A DNA stretch of 64,000 nt from Eledone cirrhosa. Lineage: Eukaryota. Positions 26,747 through 40,135 of the stretch are shown here, piece after piece. The notes under the pieces are model-generated. The model saw only the letters and a list, made by a program, of their open reading frames with translations, ran no database searches and was not told the DNA's origin. Location of the stretch: NCBI GenBank assembly GCA_964016885.1, contig OZ024743.1, positions 217,434,001 through 217,498,000 of the forward strand, written 5' to 3'. A program made the translations under genes and the position numbers. Within the stretch, counting starts at the first letter, position 1, and every line of letters begins with the position of its first letter.

Positions 26747-27984
26747 ACAGTTTACGACTACTTACAGATTTTGTAAATGAATCATATCTAAGATGGCTCA
26801 TTTACATATAACGAAAGTTTGACAGAGTAGTAATGATCAGCATTAGCACTAACACATCGTGGTAGAGATGGTTTGTACATGGACCATATATACATGGACC
26901 ATATACAATATGTTTTTATAATATATACACGTGGTATTTGGAGGTTTTTTTGTTAACTCGTCAGCATATTAATGAAATGATCAATGTATGTAGATATATA
27001 AGAAAATAATAACACTAACTCTAAATATCAACATTACATGTCACGGAAATATTCCACAGCAGTGTTCTGCATACGGCAGTCTTACATATGTAATATAGTG
27101 AGATCAATATATTGGATTAACATTGTTTACCATTGCTATTAGAAACAAATCCCTTCAGGCACGTTTAAAAACTAAAACAACCCAGAAATATAATTCTACA
27201 AAAATGTAAGTTTCATGCGATGAAAACACAATCTTCAGTCATTCACTGATTTATTTTCGTTTGTTGTTTTATTCATATGTGTTAGTTATATATATTTACC
27301 AAACAAAATATGCTGCACAAAGGTGTAAAAAGAAACAGGGAAGATTTGACGAAAACAAAGTTGAATTCTTTTGTAAAAAGAAAACGAATGACTTGCGGAA
27401 AACTAGAGCTCAATCTCACTTTCCTTTCATATCATAAATGTATTTGAGATACTGCTGATATCAAGTATAACAGATATTTTGTAGAGCACAATTCTTTTAA
27501 ATTACAACTAGTAATATTTCTGGGAGACGGCAGACTCTCTCTCATTGGCGTTTTTGACTATGTTGTTACTAATACGTATATAATCAATGAGATTTGATAC
27601 ACCTGTTAAATAACTGATTATAATCGTCTCCGAATAAAGATTTTGCTGGATCACTGTCAAGATGTTGCTACTGATGTTGATGCTGCTGATACAGTTGCTA
27701 CAGCTGATGATGCTGATACTGATACTACAGCTACAGCTACTGCAGCTATAACTGCTGCAGCTGAACTCCTCTTCATTTCTAAGCGAATCGATATTAATGT
27801 AACAGCATAATAAAACCAATGTACTATGCATGTTCCCTAATTCAAATTGCTCACATCTGATATGGGGTCTAGAAAAGATGGCCTAATGAAGCTCGTCTTC
27901 TACACCACCCAGTTGGCAAACCACAGTCAACGGGTATCTTCTAATGTAGTCGTAGAACACGAAGAAAGAAAAGTAGTTATACAT

Positions 27985-28140
27985 CCACTTGCGAGGTTGT
28001 GAATGGACTGAAAATTGCATGCTGGAATATATTGCTTGCTAGAAGGTTGGAACACAGATTTTAATCACGCTCGTCACCAGGCTACGGACGACAAGCCCCA
28101 ATTTCGTTGCTAGCACCTTGGCCAAAATCTTAATCTCTGT
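27985..28140 (-). pseudogene. small L1/Tx1 RT fragment
   Basis: TEIKILAKVLATKLGLVVRSLV aligns with TELQILARVLAKRLAIVVENLV in the 17-22 kb LINE. Confidence 0.7.
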
Positions 28141-28405
28141 GGTAGTGGCCTGAAAGGTATGGCATATTGTTGATTGCTCAGTAAGAGCGCATAAAGATGA
28201 TGCGGCCAGAAGGACCTGTAGACAAGGTTTCAAGCTTTGATAAAACAGATCAAAGACCGAAATATATTGAAATCTTAGGTAAAATCTGTTGATGTGTTTT
28301 GTCCTTTTAACTTCACATAATTACACCCTTGTTATTTCGACACACACTTACATACTCAAACTCGCGCGCACACCCACGCACGCCCACACTCATACGCCCC
28401 TCCCC

Positions 28406-28497
<92 letters not shown>

Positions 28498-29590
28498 CTT
28501 TTGGTATTTCAGGCTAAAGGGCCATTATTTATGAGAATTTCGTGTAAAGATTATAAAGTTTGAAAAATAAAAATCGATATTTTTGTCTCATATAATGTTG
28601 AATAAAATCTGAAAAATTCATAACGTCTCTTTTTCAATCTGGTTCAATATAAATCATCGCATTTCAATAGTCCAGAGAAATAACATAATTTTGGGCGGGT
28701 GAATTCCATTCTCCTATTGAAATGATAATAAACGTAGCCATTTCTTCACAATGACATCGATACACATGTTCAAAAATGTTCTATCTTTTCATATTTATAT
28801 TTTGTCTCACGCTGAAATGTTGTCAATTAAAAGTTTTCCCGAAAGAAAGTCATTGATTAGACATTTAAAACTATTTCTCTACTATTCACATTTGATCCGA
28901 GAATTTAAAATAAATGTATATAGAAACTATAATTTATTTCAAGACAAACGTTGATATAACCCGCCAGAAACGTCTAAGGTGATTAATCATTGAGGTTTTA
29001 CGACTGCGCCTTATTCCTACCTCTGAAGGTGAGGTGAAGTAAAGCGTATTGAATGTTCATTATTGTCATAGATATGTTATACCTGGACGAGAGTTGTCTT
29101 CACACGCGCAATGTTATTCCACTTCTCTAATGTTGGTATGTTAATGTGTGATACATGATCAATTCGCGGATCTTTTTCATTTATATTATACATGAATAAA
29201 TTTAGTCCTTTTTTTTTCATTTAAATGCAGGCAAAGGAACCAGAGAATGTCCAAATGATATACCAATGGTTCTCATAGACCTAGATCATGAGCCCAATTC
29301 CTATCCTACTGTGCATTGTCTTCTAGTAATTCATTCTTCTTTAGCTGTTTAGCCTTAATCATTAATAAAAGAATTTAAGTTGAATTATTTTGCATTGCTT
29401 TTGTTTTTATGTGAACTCATACATCGGGATCAGACTATAGTTAGGTATACAGGTATTTAATGTAATACATACACAATATACACTATTCCTTTTCAGATTC
29501 GATTTTCCACCTGGAAAATGTTCCTCGCCAATTCCACTCTTCGCGAAAATTACTCTCCTGTGAGCCACGTGTCTCCCATTTAATAGCTAT

Positions 29591-29871
29591 TGCTGGACTG
29601 GTGTAATTCCTGGTGTAATTATAGTATGATAATTTCAGTGACCGGGTTCAGTATGAATCCGGTGACATCATCAGGTATTCGAAATTAACAAAGGAATATA
29701 ATAGACATGTTCGGCCGCCCTCCTGTCTCTGATTTTCAGCCCCATGGATTTTGTCTATTATATTCTTTTGTAAAATTTCGAATACCTGATGATGTCACCG
29801 AATTCACACTGAACCCGGTCATTGAAATGATCATAGTATAATAAAGCTTTTAAGGAATTGAACCAGTCCAG
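29591..29871. repeat. inverted repeat with a hammerhead motif in each arm
   Basis: ~115-bp arms (e.g. ggtgacatcatcaggtattcgaaatt / aatttcgaatacctgatgatgtcacc) with a ~45-bp spacer. Confidence 0.85.
29782..29839 (+). ncRNA. type I hammerhead ribozyme motif
   Basis: atac-CTGATGA-tgtcaccg..cggtcatt-GAA-ATGATCAT-A-gtat; palindromic stem III; AATAAA immediately downstream. Confidence 0.75.
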
Positions 29872-29980
29872 CCCCAAACGAAGACGGGTGAGTTGCATTA
29901 TGTAGAGTGCTCTCCTTAATATTAAATCGAGGTTGACCATACGGAATGACCAGTTGTATCCAGTGGTGAACCAACAAACC

Positions 29981-30017
<37 letters not shown>

Positions 30018-30021
<4 letters not shown>

Positions 30022-30680
30022 AGATAAGCGGAGCAAGACTTATTGTCTACCTCGCCACTAAATATAGCAGCTAAATAGAACAACAGATTTGTTCTCTACA
30101 TAACGGAGAATATTAAAAGAAGTTAATATGCCCACAGGTACTAAGTACCCCTGGAAATATATAGGGTGTCTATGAAACAAGGGTTGTTCTATGGTATTAA
30201 TTTGACATACCAGAACTATAATATTGAGATAAGCGGAGCAAGCAAGATTTAAACAATTTTTAAAATAAATTTAAAAATATAATTTAAATATTTACCTATT
30301 CCAATTGCTTTTACCGATCGGTTTCACTTCACAAAAGATTGTAGATCCTAGGGACTTCCAATGGAAAAGTTTAGATCATCAGAAAGCATTTTCCATTCCT
30401 AGGACTAACAGTCCCAGGAACGGCAAAATAGATTGCCATCTGCCAGCTAGCACAGGATCGAATGGGGCCGAAAATTTGACATATGCATGAACCAGACCGT
30501 AGTATAAGCGGAAGTAAACGTAGACTTATTGTCTACCTCGCCACTAAAAATAGCAGCTAAATAGAACAACAGATTTGTTCTCTACATAACGGAGAATATT
30601 AAAAGAAGTTAATATGCCCACAGGTACTAAGTACCCCTGGAAATATATAGGGTGTCTATGATACAAGGGTTGTTCTATGG

Positions 30681-30683
<3 letters not shown>
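30018..30683 (-). repeat. second array (~1.35 units, period ~486 bp) of the 3081-3878 hammerhead repeat family
   Basis: agacttattgtctacctcgccactaaa at ~30036 and ~30522; high similarity to 3081-3878; (TA)n flanks. Confidence 0.9.
30306..30388 (-). ncRNA. type I hammerhead ribozyme motif, best copy of the 484-bp family
   Basis: Minus strand tgcttt-CTGATGA...GAA-ACCGATCGGT-A-aaagca; perfect 6-bp stem I and 10-bp palindromic stem III; stem II poorly defined. Confidence 0.75.
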
Positions 30684-30711
<28 letters not shown>

Positions 30712-30839
30712 AGAAGCAAAAAATTGCTTATTGTGATCCTGTTCTTGGTTAAGAAAGCCAGTTTCATGGATGGTTTCAACGTACGGTTAGGGGTAACTCC
30801 ACAAGTTTGTAAGAATTCCGTTCAATCTTGGAGTATAAA

Positions 30840-30934
30840 GTATAAAAGGGAAAACACAGGTAAGCATTAAGAGAAATGTCGTAAATACCTGGATAAAATC
30901 CTTCTCTTAATGCTTACCTGTGTTTTCTCTTTTA

Positions 30935-30937
<3 letters not shown>
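30840..30937. repeat. hairpin with ~36-bp arms abutting (TA)n
   Basis: gaaaacacaggtaagcattaagagaa / ttctcttaatgcttacctgtgttttc. Confidence 0.85.
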
Positions 30938-30995
<58 letters not shown>

Positions 30996-32565
30996 TACAT
31001 ACATATATACATATATATATAAACATATATATACATATATATACATACATGCATAAATGCATAAATTTATGTGAATAGATAAATTGCAAAGCATTCGGGA
31101 TTTGTCACATTTTATGGAGGCTATATTTTTATACAGATGTTTCCAATATAAATTTAGAAAACATTTTTAGTAGCGCTGAAAATCGACCTGACTAAAACGG
31201 CGGAGGAACTCAGATGACTCAACGGCCATCCAGTAATGTTTTATTTTAGTGGAACAAGAGACTCCTAACCTTTATTAAGACATCTCTCTAGAAGAAACCC
31301 ACTCTGAAATAAAACCTGTTACTTCGTTTGCATCGAAGTGTGTAGACCAGTTCAACTTTTTGTGTAAATGTGTTCGATGTTCAGAGAGTCGGATTGGCTC
31401 TGTGCAAAGCCCTTTATCACTTGAAAATGCATCAAGCACAGGTGTCATTTGTTTTTATCATGTATGGCATTGCTGGCGATAGGCAGGTCCCTAGCAGGAT
31501 TAAAACGCTACATCATGCTCATGCTTAAGTATCCAGGTATAGCATTACTCGAAATCGAGTTCAGCCATCATGCATGTATGTATCTATGTAAGTATGCATG
31601 TATGTATGTATATGTGTATGTATGTATGCATGTATGTATGTATGTATATATGAATGAATGTATATACGTATATGTGTGTGTATGTATTTGGATATATGTA
31701 TGTTTTGTAAATATACAGTTTGCAGCAATTTTCTTAAGATTACAGTTTAGTATGTTTCGTTGTCTTCGACGAAATTAAAACTGTATTGAATTGGAAAACT
31801 GTCCAGTATCTTAACTATTTTAGACTGTAAAGCTAACCGCTATCAGCAAGATACAAGGATGGTTGGCAATTTCATCAAAGCTGAAATTATTCAGCGTGCT
31901 AAATGCATTTTGGCCAAGATACTAACTGATCATTTAACGAAAAGCTAAGAAACGACATAGCTTGTCTCAGATAACTGCATGGCGTTGCTTTGAAACAGAA
32001 AGCTTCAATAATTACGTCCCCTACGAGAATAGTGAAACGTTAAGAAGTGATGAAGAAGGAATGGGACAAAGAGGAGATAACATACGCTATATAAAGGGAG
32101 ATTGTGACTACAATAATTTTTATTCTCATTGTATTTTCATGTCGTTGGAATAAATGAGGATGATACTGCATTAAAAACTGCATACATCTCATTATCGAAA
32201 CGCCCTTTTGTACAACTCTAGAGGAAGAATAGTATGATAAATATGTAATCATGTAACGTTTATGCACTTAAAAGAATATATATATGCGTGTGTGTGTGTG
32301 GCAGTAACTCTATAGTGATATGTTTACAGAAATGTTCTTACTATCAATGTATATATATGTATATATATATATATATGTAGATAAATCTACCAAAAGTTTA
32401 CGGTAGTGTCCAATCCGTATGAAGAACTCAATGTAATCCGGATATCATGAAAAGAGAAGATGCATTCAAAAACTACTTTCGGTGAAAAATAAACGGAAAA
32501 CAGAGTCAATATAAATTAATAAAATAATGAATAAACAAAGAAACAGTTCCTTATATTAAAAAAAT

Positions 32566-32707
32566 TCATCATTTTACGATCGTTTCTAGGATATATATGT
32601 GTTAGAGTTGGTATGCATATTCTACAGATCTATGTACAATATTTATACAAACTATCAGAGGGAATATACATACCTACACATATATATGCTGTCTTCAGAA
32701 ATGATGA
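32566..32707 (-). ncRNA. type I hammerhead ribozyme motif with long stem II
   Basis: Minus strand tcatcattt-CTGAAGA-[atatatatgtgt/acacatatatat; ggtatgtatattc/gaatatgcatacc]-GAA-ACGATCGT-A-aaatgatga; 9-bp stem I and palindromic stem III. Confidence 0.85.
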
Positions 32708-33134
32708 TATTTGTTTATTGAAAAAAACAAAGATTCAATACAATAGGTCTGTTTGGGAACAGGTCAAAAATAATACAGATACAATATAGACACAAACACA
32801 TATATATAGTTTATCATAAATCTTTCGTTGCACATCTGCAACATCGTCAGTGGTGTTATATTTTCCTCCTGTTGTGTTGTATGTCTACGCCATTTTTATT
32901 CAGTCTGTCTATATATTTATTTATTTATTTGCTTGTTTGTTTATTTTATTGTGTCTTCTTTGCGCATGCGTTTGCGTGGGTGTATAGTGTTTTGTTTGCT
33001 GTGTGATGGGTGACTAGTGTGTGTTTATGTGCTTGTTGTTATTGTGCTTGTGTATGTATTTATTTATTTATTTATTTTATTTTATTTACTTATTTATACT
33101 TCTCTTAGGTCAGTGTTGTTTGTTTGGGTGTTGT

Positions 33135-33800
33135 TGTTATTCCATTCATTATTTCTGTTTAGCCTTGGTCTTCTAATTTCTATTTCACTGGCCTGTCTGA
33201 TTTGCCTCTCTGCTGGGTCATTTCTATGTTTAGGTATTATTCTAATTTCTATGTTGTCTATGTTACCGTCATGTTGTCTAGCGTGTTCGTATAGTACTGA
33301 CCCGTTTTTTCGTCCTTTTAGTTCCCCCAGTGTTGGTCTATCCTTTCACCTATGCTACGAGCTGTCTCACCTATGTATGTTGTTGTCATGTTTCTGCAAG
33401 TACCCTCTGTACATCTTATGCTATAGACTACGTTTCTAGTTTTACAGTTTATCCGGGGGTTCACCTTACATATGATACATTTCCTATTGGTACAGTGGGT
33501 TTTCTTAAAAGGGTAGGTTTTGCTGATCAGGGATTTTATGGTGGTTCCTGGCTTTTCTACCACCTTTATTTTTAAGTGGGTCTTTCTCAGGGCCTTTCTA
33601 CACTGGTTAGCTAATTTCGCTCCAGGGGTGGCGTCCACAAACATGACACTCTGGTATCTCTGGTTGTCGTACCATGAGGTGGCTTTCCCTATCTTATGTC
33701 TAGCCCTATCTAAGCTATTCCATGATTTGCTCCTGTATAATGGGCAAATTCCTTTCATGTCCAGTTCTATGAGGGTCTTATACTTTTCCATGGCTCCTTC
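33135..33800 (-). pseudogene. Penelope-like element C-terminal fragment (linker plus GIY-YIG), not Naiad-type
   Basis: MFVDATPG, IKVVEKPG, CTNRKCIIC, CKTRNVVYSIRC..C..YIGETARSIGER, then after a frameshift SVLYEHA..RQI..I..RPRLNRNNEW. Confidence 0.85.
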
Positions 33801-33988
33801 GTAATGTGTTTGTGTCTATATTGTATCTGTATTATTTTTGACCGTCGGTCAGTCAATGGCAACATTGAGGACCGAGTAAGTTAGATTACCGATATAAAAG
33901 ACAGCGAGAAGCGAAAACCAACCAAACAGTGAGTGTGTTCTGTTATTAATTCTGGCAATATTACACAAATATGACCCTCCCCAAGTAT

Positions 33989-34114
<126 letters not shown>

Positions 34115-34606
34115 TTATATATATATATCCAACACCCCACTCTCCAGAGCGTGAAATTAATAAACATTTGTTGTACTACCTCTCTGTTTTGTCCCTGTTC
34201 AAATTTTTCCATTATATATATATTTATATATATATATATATCCAAAATTAAATTAAGTGTTGTCATGTCTGAGAGACATGCGCCATATACTCTGCAGAAT
34301 AAGCTCAAAGAATAGATCCGACCATTTCATATCAACTTGAAATAGTTGTTTGTTCTCCTTTGGTGACCATCCAGGATTTGAATACTGTGATTTACTGATT
34401 AATTGGTGAAATATATTTTTTATTTAAAGAAATTGTTACAAAGGGGATTAATCATTTTAAAAGGTATCTATATTTGAAGTTGTAGTTAAATTTTAATTGG
34501 TTACCTACCTAGCTATGTGTGCTTACATACTTTACAAATTATTCCCTGTGATTGTTCCATATGTTTATTTTATATATATATATATATGTCATTCTATTTC
34601 TAGTTG

Positions 34607-34675
<69 letters not shown>

Positions 34676-34681
<6 letters not shown>

Positions 34682-35531
34682 TAACACATTAAAGTTTAAC
34701 CAAAGAATCGCTGCTTTCACCCTTAACGGGATCTTCTGAAACTAAAAAAGTCAATATGTCAAAGCAGAAGTAAATATTTCAAAAAACGTTGCATCCGAAG
34801 GAAGACAGGAAGACGATATTTTGGTTCGTGGAAACGTTCCCTGTCAAAGAACGGAAAAAAACGAAGATAATACGTCATTATTTGGTGCAGTGAAAACAAT
34901 TACACGCGAAGAAAAAACAACGTTTATGGTATAAATGAAGTCATAGACTAATATTCTTTTAGGTGGTTCATAGAGACGTTCTCTGGCAATGAATGGAAAA
35001 AACCAAGATAATACGTCATTATGTGGAACAATAAGAACAATTGCACGCAAAGACAAAACCATGTAAATGGTACAACTGAAGTCGTAGACTAAAATTGTAT
35101 TTAGGAAACCGAATGATTCTCGACTTCACAGTTAAGAATAAAGTAAATAAAATACAGAGGTAATTGAAATTAAATATATACATACACACATCCATATACG
35201 TACATACACAAGCATACACGAAAACACTCCCCATGCGTATGCAAATACAAGCACGTACACAAAACACACACACACACACGCACACACACGCGCACGCACA
35301 TACAGAACCCACGCAACGCACAAATTCGAACGTATATACCAAATACACATAAAAATAAATAAAAATATATATATTACCTCGAACCAAAGTATCGTCTTCC
35401 CGTCTTCCTTCGGTTGCAACGTTTTTTGAAATATTTACTTCTGCGTTCTCGGATTGACTTTTTTAGTTTCAGAAGTCCCGTTAAGGGTGAAAGCAGCGAT
35501 TCTTTGGTTAAACTTTAATCTGTTATTTTAA
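34676..35531. repeat. ~155-bp inverted repeats enclosing a ~140-bp tandem duplication
   Basis: 34676-34828 is the reverse complement of ~35380-35531; agataatacgtcattat occurs at ~34866 and ~35006. Confidence 0.85.
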
Positions 35532-35620
35532 TAAATATTTGCTTACGGTTCTTATATATCTGATATATATTTATCCTTAACGAGCCCTCTTTGGATTTTA
35601 GTCTTCAAATTTATTATTAT

Positions 35621-35666
<46 letters not shown>

Positions 35667-35686
35667 ATATATTTATATATATTTAC

Positions 35687-35766
<80 letters not shown>

Positions 35767-35959
35767 AGATAGATAGATGCCATATACCGATTGGCTGGGG
35801 ACTTTATTACGCATTTTAATGCAGGAAATGTAACACAAACACCCTACAACAAAGTCATTCTGAACTATATGTGATTGGAATCCGTATAAATAAGCGCGTG
35901 TCCTGCAAATTGAAATGAGTAATGTTAAGTCGTTTGATGCGCCTATCAAAGATCGTGGC

Positions 35960-36200
35960 ATTGTGAAGTTGGGTGGCTGTTTGGATTCTGTGGAAATTCA
36001 GGAGAAGAGACCGGGAAGACCTGTTTATATTGTGTAAGATATTTGTTTTTAGTCAACTGGAATACCGATCTCATATGACTGTAGAACTTGAAGCAATCGA
36101 ACGACTCAACACCAATACATTTGCTTCATCAAACAAGAGAAATTACTGGGAGAGTCTGAAGGAAATACAGCCCTGTGCCCTGGAGCATATTCAATCGTAT
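35960..36200 (+). pseudogene. degenerate CR1-like LINE RT C-terminal fragment
   Basis: WILWKFRRRD..LFILCKIFVFSQLEY..ELEAIER..NYWESLKEI. Confidence 0.65.
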
Positions 36201-36758
36201 ATATATATATAAATGGACGTGGAATAAAGAACACGCGCCTTGTCCGTTCCCTGGTCGCTTCAGTTTGGATTGCCTCGGGAACGTAACCTTATTATATAAG
36301 AAGCTGTCTGATGATGCCATGGCACTGGGTACACGGAAAGTGAGACCACTGTCATCATTGAAATATATATCACAGCATTATCAATCAAGGACTTTAACAT
36401 CTGAAACTATTCTATATATATAAATATATATGTATGTTCCTACTATATCAGACGTTAAACTAATATATTTCATATCTCTTCATTGTACTGAAACTTTCAT
36501 TTACGGTTCGCATATATATATATATATATATACATATATATGGGGTAACAAGTTATCGTTATAGGTAATCCAGTTAGTGGTTGTTAGTACTCTGCGTCGT
36601 GGACAGTTTTAACGCACGGCTTTGTTTAACTCAACAAGTTGTTTCTATAGCTAGGCAGTGAGTTCACGATAATTCCTATGTAGGTTATACTTGGAGTAAT
36701 AATAGTGAAAGAATGAAGAGTAACATATTTGGCCGTACAATAAGGGGCTTTATTTCAG

Positions 36759-36869
36759 ATATTGACAATTGTTTTATTGATGAGGTGAATCTAGAAGTCG
36801 CTAATCGCTCGAAGTTGCGTCATTTGATCTCTATTACATTATTTACCTCTGACCAACTCCTCAGAATAC
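36759..36869 (-). ncRNA. pLTR hammerhead copy, probably inactivated
   Basis: Same fold as 41176-41286 but GAAA reads AAAA. Confidence 0.6.
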
Positions 36870-37489
36870 AAAAACAATTCACTCAAGGTAAGATATATAT
36901 AGAGAAATAGCGTATAATCAAAACAATAACATCAATAATAAAATATATATGATAAATAGGTAGAGAAGTTACAGATGTAAAAAGTAAAAAGTATAAGATA
37001 ATCAAAAAGATGCAGTAAAAAAGTAAGAAAATGGAGAAATAATACAAATATAAAGAAATAAGGATAAGTGAGAGCATGTAAGTACAGAATATGATAGTGG
37101 TGATGGTGAGTAAGTGTTCGTACAAGGATTCTGTGGTGGGTTTAGTGCTAACTATTCGAAGCATACATAGATACGTGTAGAGAGTCTGAGGTAGTGACAG
37201 AAAGAAAAAGCAATAAATTATAGATTAATTGGGAGATACTAGTAGGAGATTTAAGGGCTAAGGGTGGATGGTGAAGGGCGGTTTGACAAATGCGTGTGGT
37301 AAATGTTTTGCTGATTGTCTTGTCTTAATAGTATTGATGCTGTTTCAGGGAGAGAGGGTGAAAGATGTTAAAACATGTATGATCTAGTGACCAGTTGGCC
37401 GTTTGACAACTAATAGCGGTGTGATGGTGCGTGTTCCATACGTTAAAATCCAGGTGGTTCAGTTCTAATTTTGGGATTGCCGGCTCGAA

Positions 37490-39866
37490 TCACGGTGATT
37501 TGAAATTTGTGAACTTGGTAGTTATGTTATGCCTACATAAAATTGATCTTTCTATTTTGCTTTTAAGCAGCATCTTATCGTATCTTAAAATATCGAATAG
37601 CTCCATATTACGAAGTCCGCAGTGTGACATTCCATTGTTGTAGGCCTTTGCTTGCGGTAATTTTGACAAGCTAATCCTATATTACTGGTTTGTGTTTTTA
37701 AGCTGCCAGATTTTATTGGCGAGCGTCGTAGAGTTCTCGAGTCTACGGTTCTTCATGGAGTATCTGTGGACGCACCACCTTTTTTTTTTAAACTCCCCAG
37801 CCGTGTAGTGCCAAGTAGAGTTGCCTGAATTTACAGTACACAGGTGCACCATACTCGAATCAGGCATCTATTTTGCACTGGGCACTTATTCGGTAGGCGG
37901 CAGTTACAGTTGGAGCTTTTCTGTGTGCAGGTTCTCCGTTGCGGTTTTGTATGTTGTTGTGGGTGGGTTGAGATTTAGGCCTATTAGTGTTTGTTGTGAT
38001 GCGCCCTAATGTGTTTGTGGTTGCGATGTTGTTATGTGTTTGCGTTTTGTATTTGGTGTTGTGGTGTATGTTGGTAGGTTATTTTCTTTAGAGATATTTG
38101 TGTGGTTGATTTTACGTATGTGTGATACTATGTTGGCTGCAGTAGAGTAAGATAAGTTGATAGTTCTTCTATTACAGATTCTATGGTATTTTTTTAGTTT
38201 AGGGAAGTGTTTGTCTATTAGCTTAGATAATATAGAAGATAGTTTGGTTTTTATAGAGGAGTTGAATATTGGGTTGAACCATAGGTATTTTCTATCTCTG
38301 GATCTTCTATAGTTCTTAGGGGTCCTTATATTAGTGTTCGGTTCAGTTATTTTTGGTGCTCGTTGTCTAATTCTATGCTTAGTCCTATGCTTGTTATTTC
38401 TATAGGTGTGGATAGTATAGTTGTCTTTGGGTTTGTTGCTGCTGTCTCTATCTGGTATGTATTCCAGCCCCTCTTTATGTCCTATCTTATGTAAAGCTAT
38501 GTTATAATAGTTTGCGTGTTCGTTAAAAATCTCTAGGTTAGAAGATAGGCTAGATATTCTAAGGGATATACTATGTGCTATGGAGTTAATTATGGATCGG
38601 GGGTGGTTTGAGTTATAACTAATGTAGGCTAGATTATCTTTATTTTTATGGAAGGGCACTATTAATCCTGTGTTTAGGTTGAGTGTTACATCTAAGAAAT
38701 TTGCTTTTTTAGAGTTAAGTTCGAAAGTGATACCTAGGCCTACTTTGTTGAAGAAGACTGATTTTTTTTCGTGATTTTTCCATGTTTTCATTATTTAAGT
38801 TTTTGGCTAAAAGGAATGTGTCGTCTCTATAAATTCCTCCCTATGGAAGTTGTGCGCTATATATATTCCCACCAAGACCGTTACCTGTGCTGAGTCGTTA
38901 GAACCCATTGTGATATCGAAGCTATTCTGTCTGTTTGTTCGTTCCCAGTAACTATTTTCGAATCTAATGATAGTTCTCCTAGGAGCTAGTATTAATTTAA
39001 TTTCAACCGAGGTAAGGTCCGAATTTTTCTGGGCAAAGGTTAGCGCTTTATCTAGGGTGACTGGGGGATATGGATGAGTAGTAGTCATTAATGTCGAACT
39101 GTACGAAGTTGGATGTTTCTCTACTGTCTATTTTGCTGAACCAGTCTATTGCTTCGTTAGTGTTAGCCTATAGCTTAAGTACTAGTTTTTCCATGATTTG
39201 TGCGATTACTCTATCTAGTATGTAGTTGCTAATTCTACCTATATCCGACTTCGATGGGCATATTAATCTAATTGCGGGGTCTATTTCGAAATTATTTTTG
39301 TGATCCTTTAGGTTAAATGTGGGGTTACAAGGGGTTAGAGGCTCGGTTATATCAGATATTTTCAGTTTTTTTACTATGCTAAGTCCTTCCTTATTAATGT
39401 TAGTGAGTGCAGATTCTATTGGTTTTTTTTTGTATTTTGGGGGAAGTTCACGGCGTATAAAATTATTTTATGTATTAAGGCTCATGGTGTATACGTTTGA
39501 TGTTTTGTACGGTTTTACTATAATGCCGTTGGTGTTGTGTAGTTATTTTAGTAGTGCATTGATGTCGTTTTGCAATTTGTTGTGATGTGTCCGTTTTTTT
39601 TATTTGGTTCCACTTATCATGTTCATGAGGTCGAGTTCGAAAGCATCAGGCTGGGGGTTATTCGGTGGATTTTTGAAGGATTTGAATCCGTATTTTTCCC
39701 TAGTAAATTCCTCCGTGTTATTAGCGTAACCTTTATCGTAACGATAGGCCTTCCATCGGATTCGACGGATGAAGTCATTAGCATGCTGTATCATGCCGAG
39801 TGTATAGTCGTTGTTTGTAGGTATAGGTATGTTTTTCAATGACATGCCTATGTGGTGGTTTTTCAT
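37490..39866 (-). pseudogene. PLE RT plus GIY-YIG ORF with several frameshifts and stops
   Basis: MSLKNIPIP..FIRRIRWKAY..YGFKSFKNPP, FDITMGSNDSAQV, NFLDVTLNL, YISYNSNHP, WFNP.F, CNCRLPNKCPVQNRCL, NSTTLANKIWQLK. Confidence 0.9.
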
Positions 39867-40135
39867 GTTAGTGTCGTGCGTTAAGGTTGTTGCTCAACCT
39901 AGTGGGAGCTGAGTATATGGAGTAACAAGTTATCGTTATAGGTAATCTATTTAGAGGTTGTGAGTACTCTGCGTCGTGGATAGTTTTTACGTACGGCTAT
40001 TTTTGACTCAACAAGATGTTTCCATAGTTAGGCAACGAGTTTGAGGTAATTTCTATGTAGGTTATACTTGGAGTAATAATAGTGAAAGAATGAAGAGTAA
40101 CATGGTTGGCTGTACAACAAGGGGTTTTATTTCAA

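Noticed and set aside
27190-27245. Minus-strand CTGAAGA..GAAA motif
   Set aside because: Lacks the NUH triplet and has a weak stem I
29231-29352. Possible exon after a polypyrimidine tract and CAG (GKGTRECPNDIPMVLIDL...)
   Set aside because: No recognisable homology and no partner exons
36300-36360. CTGATGA..GAAA-GTG..CAC-TG hammerhead-like motif
   Set aside because: The cleavage position would be G and stem I does not form
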